From IMG/VR virus record IMGVR_UViG_3300010224_000016: a DNA stretch of 50,543 nucleotides; one strand, 5' to 3'. The translations under genes and the position numbers were made by a program. This document shows positions 15,532 through 25,104 of the stretch, piece after piece. Below the pieces are notes generated by a model that saw only the letters and a list, made by a program, of their open reading frames with translations, was not told the origin of the DNA and did not search any database. Position 1 is the first letter of the stretch; each line of letters begins with the position of its first letter. The DNA comes from a virus.

Positions 15532-15557
15532 AATAAAATGCCCCGTCGTGCGGGGGC
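15532..15557 (-). terminator. Rho-independent terminator directly upstream of promoter copy 2
   Basis: The minus strand reads GCCCC-(8-nt loop)-GGGGC followed by ATTTTATT. It lies 7 nt after the stop of the gene at 15564..15770. Confidence 0.55.
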
Positions 15558-15563
15558 GTGTGG

Positions 15564-15770
15564 TTACGGGGTCTTGGGCTCGTATGTTGGACAGTTCGCC
15601 CCGTCGTCGGGCCAGATGCTATGTCTGTGCCAGTACGGCTGATCGATGCAGGCCGGCAGCGGGGGCGGGACGAACGTCACCGTGCATTTACCGTAAGTCG
15701 TGCGCTTGACGCGCCCGGTCGGCGTGAGCGGGAATTCTGCGTATTTACAGGTTTTACATTGGCTTGACAT
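15564..15770 (-). CDS. Hypothetical Cys-rich small protein (68 aa)
   Basis: Trimmed to ATG 15770 with an AAGGGA SD. MSSQCKTCKYAEF...CTVTF...ACIDQ...NCPTY. Confidence 0.5.
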   Translation of the reverse strand: MSSQCKTCKYAEFPLTPTGRVKRTTYGKCTVTFVPPPLPACIDQPYWHRHSIWPDDGANCPTYEPKTP

Positions 15771-16299
15771 TGTGCTTTTCCCTTCGAAGGACGGCGGCCA
15801 CGTCCAGGCCGAAATAGCGGTTGCCGTTGTGATGGACGTACATGCGATCTTCGGCACGGTCGTATTCGATCACGCCTGTCCGCTCCAGATCCGCCAGATT
15901 CTTAACGCTGCGCCCGTCCCATTCCATGAACGTTAACAGATCGTCGTAGGTGAGCGCACGTGGCGTTGGTGATTGCTCGTAGATTTTCTCCACGATGTCG
16001 GCGAGGCGTGCGACTTCGAAGCCGTCGGCGTACTGCAGGATTTCGCAAAACTTCTGGACAAGGGCGCGGTTGTCCTCGTGAACCATGAACATGCGTTCGT
16101 GAAGGTTGTTCACTTTGGCGTTGATGTATTTCCGGCGACTGAGTTTCACGGCCGTTCGCCGGTCTTCTTGGTCTTCCTTGATGCAGGCGATGCATCCGTT
16201 GTTGCTGACGTAGCGGTCGGAGAGGTGGCCGCGCCGGCATGGTCTGCCGGAACTGTAGGTGAGTTGGCCGGATTCTACGGCTTGAGACTTTGAGGACAT
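15754..16299 (-). CDS. Hypothetical protein with an N-terminal zinc-ribbon-like motif; first gene of the leftward block
   Basis: ORF 15754..16503 trimmed to ATG 16299 with a GGGGAAAAG SD. It contains GRPCRRGHLSDRYVSNNGCIACI. Confidence 0.65.
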   Translation of the reverse strand: MSSKSQAVESGQLTYSSGRPCRRGHLSDRYVSNNGCIACIKEDQEDRRTAVKLSRRKYINAKVNNLHERMFMVHEDNRALVQKFCEILQYADGFEVARLADIVEKIYEQSPTPRALTYDDLLTFMEWDGRSVKNLADLERTGVIEYDRAEDRMYVHHNGNRYFGLDVAAVLRREKHNVKPM

Positions 16300-16495
16300 T
16301 GGGCTTTTCCCCTGACTGTGTGTATTGTACTGTGCAATATACCACAATAAACTAAAACTCATACGCATAAACAAAACTAAATACACAAAGTCAGGTGTTT
16401 TGAGCGTTTGAGTGAAACTGGAAAAACACAATACAGTACACACAGTCAACAGTTTGGTAGAATTCATGTACCGCAACGAACAAACGTGTGACGAT
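16300..16495. promoter_or_regulatory. AT-rich divergent control region between the leftward block and the packaging/structural block
   Basis: There is a marked GC drop. A 21-bp imperfect inverted repeat has arms GACTGTGTGTATTGTACTGTG (16314..16334) and CACAATACAGTACACACAGTC (16427..16447). Extended -10-like TGGTATATT is on the minus strand (16336..16344) and TGGTAGAAT on the plus strand (16455..16463). Confidence 0.5.
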
Positions 16496-17200
16496 ATGAG
16501 CAATGACGAACCAACATTGAACGATTGGCTGTTTATCGGGGAGTACGTGAAGGATTGGAAAGCTGGGGACGCGATGCGCCGTGCTGGATTCTATGTCGGT
16601 GAGTTCTACAGTCAGGAAGCGTACAGGCGTCTAAAGAAGCCGGCGGTGGCTCGTGAGATCGCAAAAATACGTGAAATTGCCAAGAACAAAGTACAACTCA
16701 GTACAAACCTGATCGTCGATGACATCCTGAATGTGATCACCGCAGATCCCCGCGACCTCATCGAAACTGTGACCGAATCGTGCCGCTACTGCCATGGCGT
16801 CGAACATCGATACCATTTCACGTTGAACGAATGGCGTCGCAAGGAGTTGGAGCACGTGATGACGAGCAAGCCGGCACCCGATCCAAAAGGCGGCCTGGGC
16901 TTCAATCCTCATCGCGATCCGCACCCTGATTGCCCGGAATGCTTCGGCAAGGGGATTGTGATCGAGCGCCTGAAAGACGTGCGCGACCTGTCGCCGGCCG
17001 CCGCTGCTCTATATATGGGTGTCGAGCGCACGAAGTCGGGCCTGAAGATCAACATGCGCAGCAAGGACAGCGCGCGGGAAGCTGCCGCAAAGTTCCTGGG
17101 CATGAACAAGGAAACGCACATCCTGAAAGATGGCGGTAAGACGTCCTTGGCGGATATGACCGATGATCAACTGGAAGCGCTGGCGAGGGGCGGGAAATGA
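16496..17200 (+). CDS. terS: Terminase small subunit
   Basis: It lies immediately upstream of terL with an ATGA overlap. The N-terminus resembles small terminases (LNDWLFIGEYVKDWKAGDAMRRAGF). It has a Cys4 (CRYCHG..CPECFG). ATG 16466 is an alternative start. Confidence 0.7.
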   Translation: MSNDEPTLNDWLFIGEYVKDWKAGDAMRRAGFYVGEFYSQEAYRRLKKPAVAREIAKIREIAKNKVQLSTNLIVDDILNVITADPRDLIETVTESCRYCHGVEHRYHFTLNEWRRKELEHVMTSKPAPDPKGGLGFNPHRDPHPDCPECFGKGIVIERLKDVRDLSPAAAALYMGVERTKSGLKINMRSKDSAREAAAKFLGMNKETHILKDGGKTSLADMTDDQLEALARGGK

Positions 17201-18693
17201 CGATCTTCCAACGACAGGCCGCCGCCGAACTGCTGCGCCGCCGCCGTGCCCGTGTCGACCCGGTGCATTACGCCGAGTACGTCGAAGTGCCTGGACGCCC
17301 GGTCGAAGAGGAAGCGGAGGAAGGCGAAGTCGTCATTGACGCGCCTGAAACGCTCCTGGCTGCCCACCACAAAATGATTTTGCGTGAGGTTGAGGATTGC
17401 TTCTTGCGCGACACGGGGCGCCTCATGATCTTCATGCCGCCAGGCTCGGCAAAAAGTTCGTATGGGTCCATCGTTGCGCCGTCGTTCCTGATGGGCAAAT
17501 ACCCCAAGACTCGTATCGGTCTCGCCAGCTACGCCGACAGCCTGGCACTCAAGATGGGACGCCGGACGCGCTCGATCATCAACCAGAAGCGTTACCGCAA
17601 GACATTCGACACTGAGCTATCCAACGAATCGGCCGCTGCGAACAACTTCAAGCTGACGAACGGCAGTGAGTACATGGCGACGGGTATTCTCGGCGCATTT
17701 ACGGGCAACAGACTTGAGCTTTTAATAGTCGATGATCCGGTAAAAGGTCGCGAACAGGCTGACTCCGAAACAATCCAAGAGAAGACGTACGACGCATACA
17801 AAGACGACCTGCTGACACGTCTCGTTCCTGGCGGATCTGCACTGATCATCCAGACCCGATGGAATGAATCGGACCTTGCCGGCCGCATCCTGCCGGAAGA
17901 CTGGAACGGCGAGTCGGGCGACATCGTGTGCAGGGACGGCAACGTATGGCGCGTGCTGTGTCTCCAGGCTGAATGCGATAGCGACACCGACCCGCTCGGC
18001 CGCAAACGCGGAGAAATGCTCTGGCCGGAATGGTTCACCGAAAAGCACTGGGCGCAGTTCCGGGGCGAGGCGCGCACCTGGGGCGCACTCTTCCAGCAGA
18101 TCCCGAAACCGAAAGACGGCCTGATGTTCAACCCCGGCAAGATCGAGATCGTGGACGCGCTGCCGGCCGGGCGCATCACGTGGGTTCGCGGGTGGGACTT
18201 GGCAGCGACGGAAGGCGGCGGCGCGTACACGGTGGGCGCGCTGCTCGGCATCCATCAGGAATCACAACGCCCCGTCATCGCCCATATCGAGCGCTTCCAG
18301 CACGCACCGGGCCGCCGAGACGAGCGTATGCGCAACGTCGGCATGCTGGACGGACGCGGCATCAAACAGGACATCCCGGACGATCCGGGCGCGGGCGGCA
18401 CGGCGGTCGTCGAGTACATCACGAAGAAGCTGAAGGGGTTGCCCGTCGTGTCGAGTTCCGAGTCGGGCGACAAGGAAACGCGCGCGCAGCCGTTCGCGTC
18501 CGAAGTCAACATCGGCAACGTCATGATGGTGCGCGGCGACTGGAACCGGCCGTTGCTCGACGAGATGCGCGCGTTTCCCAACGGGACGTACAAGGATCAG
18601 GTTGACGCACTGTCGCGGGCGTACACGAGGCTTGTTCCCCTTCCCGGTAAAATGTCCATCAACAAACAACTTCTACAGAGGGTCAGACGATGA
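17197..18693 (+). CDS. terL: Terminase large subunit
   Basis: Walker A-like FMPPGSAKSS, Walker B LELLIVDDP, and IIQTRWNESD. The C-terminal half looks like a nuclease. 498 aa. Confidence 0.9.
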   Translation: MTIFQRQAAAELLRRRRARVDPVHYAEYVEVPGRPVEEEAEEGEVVIDAPETLLAAHHKMILREVEDCFLRDTGRLMIFMPPGSAKSSYGSIVAPSFLMGKYPKTRIGLASYADSLALKMGRRTRSIINQKRYRKTFDTELSNESAAANNFKLTNGSEYMATGILGAFTGNRLELLIVDDPVKGREQADSETIQEKTYDAYKDDLLTRLVPGGSALIIQTRWNESDLAGRILPEDWNGESGDIVCRDGNVWRVLCLQAECDSDTDPLGRKRGEMLWPEWFTEKHWAQFRGEARTWGALFQQIPKPKDGLMFNPGKIEIVDALPAGRITWVRGWDLAATEGGGAYTVGALLGIHQESQRPVIAHIERFQHAPGRRDERMRNVGMLDGRGIKQDIPDDPGAGGTAVVEYITKKLKGLPVVSSSESGDKETRAQPFASEVNIGNVMMVRGDWNRPLLDEMRAFPNGTYKDQVDALSRAYTRLVPLPGKMSINKQLLQRVRR

Positions 18694-19073
18694 AAACCAT
18701 CTACGCATACACCGAAACGGCGAACTACAAAACGTATCCGGCATACGTCAACGTCAGCGAAAACCGCTTCGTGCCTGGGCAAGTCCTCGTCACCGTTCGC
18801 AACCGCGAGTTCACGACCCCGAGCGTGATCGGCCTCAATCGCGATGAACTGCAGGCGCTGGCCGACGCGCTCAATGCCTATTTGGGCACAACGCCCGATA
18901 TCAAACGCGCTGTCGATCGCTTCCTTGGGTGGAAGCTGCCGGCCGACTTCTATCCTGATGCCGGCATTTCTTTCGACCGTTCGTACGCCGAAAAGTGGGG
19001 CATGCCGTCGGGGACGAACCTCTTCCATGCCGGACAGGCGCAAGCGATGTTCGAATACGTGTTGAAGGGCTGA
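18690..19073 (+). CDS. Hypothetical protein
   Basis: 127-codon ORF between terL and the portal gene, with an ATGA overlap. Confidence 0.65.
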   Translation: MKTIYAYTETANYKTYPAYVNVSENRFVPGQVLVTVRNREFTTPSVIGLNRDELQALADALNAYLGTTPDIKRAVDRFLGWKLPADFYPDAGISFDRSYAEKWGMPSGTNLFHAGQAQAMFEYVLKG

Positions 19074-19075
19074 CC

Positions 19076-20497
19076 ATGAAAATCAACACTTTCGGCCGCC
19101 TGTGGTCCTGGGCGCGCGGCATGAAGCCCGCCGACATCGGGCCTGCACCGCCAGCGTTCGCACCGCCGAAAATGCTGCCGGGCGTCGTGCCCAAAGGCGA
19201 CAAAATGGCGATGGACGATGCGATGGCGGATGTCTACAGCTACGCGTCGCAGATGTACGGCGCGTGTGCGCAGACGTTCCCCGGCTATCCCGTGCTGGCG
19301 CAACTGATGCAGGTTGCCGAATACCGCATGTTGTCCGAGAAGACCGCGCACGCCATGACCCGCAAATGGATCAAACTTCATTCGAAGGGCGACAAGGACA
19401 ACAGCGAACGGATCTCTCAGATCGAAGACGCGCTGACCCGATTCAAGGTGCGCGAACTGTTCACCGAAGCTGCTATTCACGATGGATTCTTCGGCCGCGC
19501 GCAACTGTTCGTCGACCTGGGCGAGCAGGAAGGCGACGGGCTGGCAATCCCGCTGTTCGAAGACTCGTCGATCGTGAAGAACAAACTGCGCAAGTTCAAG
19601 TTGGTCGAAGCGATGTTCACCTATCCGAACTCGTACAGCGCGTCCAATCCGTTGCGCGATGACTACTTCAACCCGTCGTCGTGGTTCGTGATGGGGCAGA
19701 AGGTGCACAGTACGCGCCTGTTGACGTTCGTCGGCCGCCCGCTTCCCGACATCCTCAAGCCGGCTTACAACTTCGGCGGCATGAGCATGTCGCAACTGGC
19801 AATGCCGTACGTGAACAACTGGCTGAAGACCCGCGACAGCGTCAACCGTATGATCTCCAACTATTCGACGTCGGGGATAAAGACGAACATGCAAGACGTC
19901 CTGACGGGCGGCAGCGGCGACGACCTGATGGGGCGGGCGCAGTTGTACGCCGAGATGCGCGACAACCAGGGCTTGATGCTGATGGACTTCGACACGGAAG
20001 AGTTCTTCCAGTTCAACACGCCGTTGTCCACGTTGGACCAATTGCAGGCGCAGGCCCAAGAGCACATGGCGAGCGTGGCGTCGATGCCGCTGCCGATCCT
20101 GCTGGGCATCACCCCGTCCGGCCTGAACGCCAGCGCTGACGGCGATATCGAGATCTTCTATGACCATGTGCGCGACATGCAAGAACGCCTGTTCCGCGAC
20201 AATCTGACCAAGGTCATCAAGTTGATTCAACTGTCCGAGTTCGGCGACGTGGACGAGGACATCGTCTTCGACTTCGTGTCCCTCTGGCAGCAGACCGAGG
20301 CGGAAATGGCCGCCAACCGCAAGAGCGATGCAGAAGCGGCGGCGATCTATGTCGAACTGGGCGCGATCCTGCCGGAAGAGGTTCGCCAACGTCTGGCCGA
20401 CGACGAGCATAGCGGATATAACGGCCTGGACATGGGCGTCAAGATCGAACCGCCGAATGAAGCCGATGGCGACCCGCTTCCGGAGGATGGGGAATGA
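19076..20497 (+). CDS. Portal protein (DUF1073-like)
   Basis: ORF 18995..20497 trimmed to ATG 19076. Size (473 aa), position after terL, and the acidic C-terminus are typical of portals. Confidence 0.8.
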   Translation: MKINTFGRLWSWARGMKPADIGPAPPAFAPPKMLPGVVPKGDKMAMDDAMADVYSYASQMYGACAQTFPGYPVLAQLMQVAEYRMLSEKTAHAMTRKWIKLHSKGDKDNSERISQIEDALTRFKVRELFTEAAIHDGFFGRAQLFVDLGEQEGDGLAIPLFEDSSIVKNKLRKFKLVEAMFTYPNSYSASNPLRDDYFNPSSWFVMGQKVHSTRLLTFVGRPLPDILKPAYNFGGMSMSQLAMPYVNNWLKTRDSVNRMISNYSTSGIKTNMQDVLTGGSGDDLMGRAQLYAEMRDNQGLMLMDFDTEEFFQFNTPLSTLDQLQAQAQEHMASVASMPLPILLGITPSGLNASADGDIEIFYDHVRDMQERLFRDNLTKVIKLIQLSEFGDVDEDIVFDFVSLWQQTEAEMAANRKSDAEAAAIYVELGAILPEEVRQRLADDEHSGYNGLDMGVKIEPPNEADGDPLPEDGE

Positions 20498-21294
20498 AAG
20501 AGATCCGCGCCCCTGGGCGGGCCGTCACGCTCAAGCCCGTGCGCCCGAACGTGGGCGTCGAGATCGCCTATCAGAAGGCGCTGACGGGCATCGTCGACGA
20601 CATGAACAAATCGATTTTGCATTGGATCAGCGCCGCGTATCGTGCCAACCCGCCAGCGATGGCGATGGACGCGACGCCGTCGGAAGAACTGCGCAAGGTG
20701 ATGAAGAATCTCGCGCGGCGCTGGATCAGGCTGTTCGACGAGGCGTCCGCGAAGATCGCCAACGCTTTCGCCACGCAGGCGCAGGCGCAGGCCGAACGGA
20801 CCATGTCGAAGGTGCTGAAGGACGCGGGCTTCTCCGTCCCCTTCAAGCCTACGGCGGTCATGAAAGATGCGTTCGACTCCGTGCTCGTCGAGAACGTCGC
20901 GCTGATCAAATCGATTCCGTCGCAGCAGTTCACCGCGATCGAAGGCGCTGTCATGCGCAGCGTGCAGGCCGGCCGCGACCTCAAGACGCTGCGCGAAGAA
21001 CTGCTGACCCTGGGCGCGAAGTCCAAGAACCGCGCGGCGCTGATCGCTCGGGACCAAAACAACAAAGCGACGGCGGTCGTCACGAAGGCGCGGCGGATCT
21101 CGCTCGGATTGACCAAGGCCAAATGGCGGCACAGTCGCGGCGGCGTGCACCCCCGCAAATCCCACGTGGAAGCGGACGGGACCGTGTACGATATTGGTGT
21201 TGGCTGTTTGATCGATGGCGAGTACATCATGCCCGGCGAGAAAATCAATTGCCGGTGCACGTCGTCGGTCGTTATCCCCGGAATCGATGACTAA
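20494..21294 (+). CDS. Head morphogenesis protein (Mu F / SPP1 gp7-like)
   Basis: ATGA overlap with the portal gene. The C-terminal HPRKSHVEADG..INCRC pattern is typical of this family. Confidence 0.8.
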   Translation: MKEIRAPGRAVTLKPVRPNVGVEIAYQKALTGIVDDMNKSILHWISAAYRANPPAMAMDATPSEELRKVMKNLARRWIRLFDEASAKIANAFATQAQAQAERTMSKVLKDAGFSVPFKPTAVMKDAFDSVLVENVALIKSIPSQQFTAIEGAVMRSVQAGRDLKTLREELLTLGAKSKNRAALIARDQNNKATAVVTKARRISLGLTKAKWRHSRGGVHPRKSHVEADGTVYDIGVGCLIDGEYIMPGEKINCRCTSSVVIPGIDD

Positions 21295-21308
21295 TCAAGG
21301 AGAATAAA

Positions 21309-21440
21309 ATGGCGTTCCCCATCTTTGTGTACCTGATGTTCTGCGTAACGGTCGGCGAGTTCGGCGGCATGCTGGCCGGCAGCTACGCGAAAAAACATCT
21401 CAAAGTTGAGAAGAAGTCGGAAGGGATCGGCGGCGCGTAA
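21309..21440 (+). CDS. Putative 43-aa membrane peptide
   Basis: Not in the ORF track. AAGGAG SD, and the product reads MAFPIFVYLMFCVTVGEFGGMLAGSYAKKHLKVEKKSEGIGGA. Confidence 0.4.
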   Translation: MAFPIFVYLMFCVTVGEFGGMLAGSYAKKHLKVEKKSEGIGGA

Positions 21441-21574
21441 TGTGGAACTATGCCCTGCTCGGGATTGTTATCGTACTGGCGTTCACCGTGACCGGGTCGT
21501 CAATCATCGCGTACCGCGAAGTGAAGAAGCACAACGAATATATGAAGGAGGTAATGCGCAATGAGCGCAATTAA
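21440..21574 (+). CDS. Putative 44-aa membrane peptide
   Basis: TAATG overlap. MWNYALLGIVIVLAFTVTGSSIIAYREVKKHNEYMKEVMRNERN. It overlaps the next start by 14 nt. Confidence 0.4.
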   Translation: MWNYALLGIVIVLAFTVTGSSIIAYREVKKHNEYMKEVMRNERN

Positions 21575-22814
21575 ACTCGCAATGGACAAGAGCGCGCGCA
21601 CGGTCGACAAGTTCGGCCGCATGTACATTGCCATGTCCAACATTTCGAAGGCGACGGTCAACCCGTATCGCGGTTCGGAGATCCCCGGATGTGACGCGCT
21701 GGGCCTGGACCCCGACCGCGTCTACCTGCTGTTGCGCGACCCGGAAGAACTGCGCGCGGCGGCGTCGACCTTCAACAACATCCCGCTGCTGGACCGTCAC
21801 ATCCCGGTCACGGCTGAAGCGCCGTCGCAACAGTTCGTCGTCGGCAGCACGGGCACGGATGCGCGGTTTGACGAGCCGTTCTTGCGCAACTCGCTCGTCG
21901 TGTGGACGGCAACCGCGATCGCTGGCATCAACACGAATCAGCAGCGCGAACTGTCGTGCGCGTACAGCTACGACGCGGACATGACACCCGGAGTGTACGA
22001 AGGGAAACCATACGATGGTATTATGCGCAATATCAAGGGCAATCACGTTGCGCTTGTTGAAGTAGGTCGCGCCGGCCCGGATGTCGTGGTCGGTGATTCT
22101 AAACTCTCGGAGAAACCCATAATGCCGAAAAAACTGTCGACGAACGCCAAGCGCGTAGTTGCCGCCCTCCGTGGCGCGCTGCTGCCCGTTTTGGCACAAG
22201 ACGCGCAGATCGGGGACTTGACTGCCATCGTCGGCAGCATCAAGAGCCTGAAACCCGCGAAGAACCAACAAGCCATCGTGACCGCCGTGCAGACCGCGTA
22301 CGGTGAAAAGCTGGCACAAGACGCCACGCTCGATCACGTCGCACCGCTGCTGGAACAACTGGCGCAGGACGAAGACCCGGAAGAAGCGCCGAAGAAAGAC
22401 CCCGTCGCCGCTGCCGAAGACGACGATGACGACGAGGACGACGACAAGAAGGACAAGCCGGTCGCAATGGATGCCGCGATCAACGCTGCTGTCGCCAACG
22501 CCGAAGCCCGCACCGTCGCCCGCATGCAAGCCATCCATCAAGCCGAGCGCGACGTCGAGCCCTTCGTCGGTCGTTTGGCCGTGGCGATGGACAGCGCCGA
22601 ATCCGTGTACAAAATCGCCCTGGACGCCGCGAAAGTGGACCTGACCGACGTGCATCCGTCCGCCTACAAGGCGATGGTGCGCATGCTGCCCAAGCCGGGC
22701 ACCGAAGCCAAGCCGGTGCAAACCCGCGTCGATCTGGCGCAAGACGCAGCGCTCGGCGCGGCATCGTTCAACGCGCTGTTCCCGAGCGCATCGAAAATGA
22801 AAGGTGGTGTGTGA
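21561..22814 (+). CDS. DUF2213-like prohead protease/scaffold protein
   Basis: The N-terminal domain ends in GNHVALVEVGRAG. The C-terminus is acidic and helical (EDDDDDEDDDKKDK), as in scaffolds. Confidence 0.75.
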   Translation: MSAIKLAMDKSARTVDKFGRMYIAMSNISKATVNPYRGSEIPGCDALGLDPDRVYLLLRDPEELRAAASTFNNIPLLDRHIPVTAEAPSQQFVVGSTGTDARFDEPFLRNSLVVWTATAIAGINTNQQRELSCAYSYDADMTPGVYEGKPYDGIMRNIKGNHVALVEVGRAGPDVVVGDSKLSEKPIMPKKLSTNAKRVVAALRGALLPVLAQDAQIGDLTAIVGSIKSLKPAKNQQAIVTAVQTAYGEKLAQDATLDHVAPLLEQLAQDEDPEEAPKKDPVAAAEDDDDDEDDDKKDKPVAMDAAINAAVANAEARTVARMQAIHQAERDVEPFVGRLAVAMDSAESVYKIALDAAKVDLTDVHPSAYKAMVRMLPKPGTEAKPVQTRVDLAQDAALGAASFNALFPSASKMKGGV

Positions 22815-23539
22815 TGGGTTTCCAACGCCAAGTCAACATCCAGCCCGCGCCGGGCGTCGAAGGCGCCATCGCCAGCGGCAACCCGCCGGCAACGTACGTC
22901 ACGGGTCCGGGCGGCCTGATCAGCGGCGCGAACGGCGTCATCGTCGGTCGCTTCGGCTACGCGTCCTACCAGGCTGACGGTTCCGAACGCGTCGACAACT
23001 CGTCGTACCTCGTGGCGAACGGCGTCGACCGCACGTCCGCCCTGGGCTTCATCGCCAACATGCAGCAAGCGCTGCAAACGGTCTACCTGTCCGAAGCCGG
23101 CATGTCGATGCTCGCGTGGCAGTCGATGGAGATGTTTACCCGTGGCGACTTCTGGGCAAAGATGCTGTCGACCGCGACCCGTGGTCAAAAGGTCTTCGCG
23201 TCCCTGATCGATGGCAGCATGCAGGCCGCCGCGCCGGGCGCAACCGTCGCCGCGTTCGTCGGCACCGCGTCGTTCGCAACGAACGTCATGACCGTGACCG
23301 CAGTCACGTCCGGCACCGTCAAGGTGGGCCAGCAAGTGACCGGCGCGAACATCCCTGCGAACACCTACGTCGCCAGCCTGGGCACCGGCACGGGTGGCGC
23401 GGGCACGTACAACCTGACCACGTCGCCGGGCACCCTCTCGGCGCAGGCAACCACGACGGCCGAATACGTCGAAACCAAGTTCCGCGTCCTGTCGGCTGCG
23501 GCATCCGGCGAGATCGCCAAAATCGGCTTCGGAGACTAA
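22814..23539 (+). CDS. Head structural/decoration-like protein
   Basis: ORF 22811..23539. I prefer ATG 22814 (TGATG overlap, AAAGGTGGTG SD). It lies directly upstream of the major capsid gene. Confidence 0.65.
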   Translation: MGFQRQVNIQPAPGVEGAIASGNPPATYVTGPGGLISGANGVIVGRFGYASYQADGSERVDNSSYLVANGVDRTSALGFIANMQQALQTVYLSEAGMSMLAWQSMEMFTRGDFWAKMLSTATRGQKVFASLIDGSMQAAAPGATVAAFVGTASFATNVMTVTAVTSGTVKVGQQVTGANIPANTYVASLGTGTGGAGTYNLTTSPGTLSAQATTTAEYVETKFRVLSAAASGEIAKIGFGD

Positions 23540-23541
23540 CC

Positions 23542-24618
23542 ATGCCCATCGATATCGAAAAACTCAATGCCCTGAGCGCGCCGCAACAAATCGCGGTCAT
23601 CGCGGAAGCCGGTCGTACCTACGGCATCCACTTCCACCAAGCCGGCCAAGTGCAGGGCTTCATTCCTTCGCATCTGGCGATGGATGCGCAACTGGCACAA
23701 GACGCCCTGCCGCAACTGGTCACGACCACGTCGAGCGGCGTCCCGGCCTTCCTGACGAACTACGTCGACCCGAAGCTGATCGAAGTTCTGGTCACGAAGA
23801 ACAAGGCCGCCGAGATCTTCGGCGAGAACCAAAAAGGCGACTGGACCACGCCGACCGCGTTTTTCCCGGTCGTCGAATCGGCCGGTGAAGTCTCGTCGTA
23901 CGGCGACTACAGCACGAACGGCGAAGTGACGGCCAACACCAACTGGCCGCAACGCCAGTCGTACCACTACCAGACCGTCACGCAGTGGGGCGAGCGCGAA
24001 CTCGACCAAATGGGCAAGGGTCGCATCGACTGGGCGTCGCGTCTGAACATCGCTTCGGCCATGATCATGGGCAAGTTCCAGAACAAGACGTACTTCTACG
24101 GCGTCGCCGGCCTGCAGAATTACGGCCTGCTGAACGACCCGTCGTTGATCGCCCCGATCAGCCCCGGCAGCAAGACGGGCGGTGGCTTCACGTGGCCGGT
24201 CGCGACGGCGGACGAGGTCTATACGGACATCAAAAATCTGGTCAAGCAACTGGTCATCCAGTCGAACGGCCTGATCGAGATGGACACGCCGATGAAGATG
24301 TGCATGTCGCCGACCCGAATGACCGAACTGACGAAGACGAATCAGTACAACGTCAACGTGTTCGACCAAGTCAAGAAGAACTTCCCGAACCTGACCTTCC
24401 AGTCGGCACCGGAATATTCGACCGCCTCGGGCGAACTGGTGCAACTGATCGTCGAAACGCTGGAAGGCCAAGAAACCGGCTACACCGCGTTCACCGAGAA
24501 GATGCGCGCGCACGCCGTTGAGCGCAAGACCTCGTCGTTCCTGCAGAAGAAGTCGGGCGGCACCTGGGGCGCAATCATCCTGCAACCGTTCGCAATCGCC
24601 CAAATGTTGGGCATCTAA
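23542..24618 (+). CDS. Major capsid protein (DUF2184-like, HK97 fold)
   Basis: ORF 23116..24618 trimmed to ATG 23542. 358 aa. Its position, and the strong terminator that follows, fit a capsid gene. Confidence 0.85.
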   Translation: MPIDIEKLNALSAPQQIAVIAEAGRTYGIHFHQAGQVQGFIPSHLAMDAQLAQDALPQLVTTTSSGVPAFLTNYVDPKLIEVLVTKNKAAEIFGENQKGDWTTPTAFFPVVESAGEVSSYGDYSTNGEVTANTNWPQRQSYHYQTVTQWGERELDQMGKGRIDWASRLNIASAMIMGKFQNKTYFYGVAGLQNYGLLNDPSLIAPISPGSKTGGGFTWPVATADEVYTDIKNLVKQLVIQSNGLIEMDTPMKMCMSPTRMTELTKTNQYNVNVFDQVKKNFPNLTFQSAPEYSTASGELVQLIVETLEGQETGYTAFTEKMRAHAVERKTSSFLQKKSGGTWGAIILQPFAIAQMLGI

Positions 24619-24626
24619 GCGACGAC

Positions 24627-24654
24627 CGCCCCGGCTCGTACAGCGGGGCGTTTT
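24627..24654 (+). terminator. Rho-independent terminator after the major capsid gene
   Basis: CGCCCCG-(10-nt loop)-CGGGGCG followed by TTTT. Confidence 0.7.
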
Positions 24655-24678
24655 CACCCTCCTATAAGGAAAATCATC

Positions 24679-25104
24679 ATGGCAACTGTTCTGATTGGCT
24701 GCAAACTCCCGCACGGTATCGTCCTGAAGGGCTCGGCCGGCCAAGACATCAAACTGAACGGCGTCAACACGTCGCTCGTCGCTGGCGGTTTCGGTCTCAC
24801 CCACGTGGACGACTCCGAATGGGCGTACCTGTCGGCCATCTACGAAGACTTCGACCCGTTCAAGTCCAACGCGATCTTCACGCACAACACCGCGAAGGTT
24901 GCCGACCTGAAGGCGATCGCCGCCGAACTGTCCGACATCAAGACCGGCTTCGAAGGTATCGACCCGACCGCGCCGGCCGCTGGCCTGAAGCCGGAAGCGA
25001 ACGTCGAAAAACAACTGGAAGCGGCCGAGAAAGCACCGCGTCCGACCAAAGCCCCCGCATCGCCGGCTGACAAGGCCGCCGCCAACGAACTGGCAGGCCA
25101 GTAA
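24679..25104 (+). CDS. Hypothetical head-associated protein with a Pro/Ala/Lys-rich tail
   Basis: AAGGAAA SD. 141-codon ORF. Confidence 0.65.
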   Translation: MATVLIGCKLPHGIVLKGSAGQDIKLNGVNTSLVAGGFGLTHVDDSEWAYLSAIYEDFDPFKSNAIFTHNTAKVADLKAIAAELSDIKTGFEGIDPTAPAAGLKPEANVEKQLEAAEKAPRPTKAPASPADKAAANELAGQ

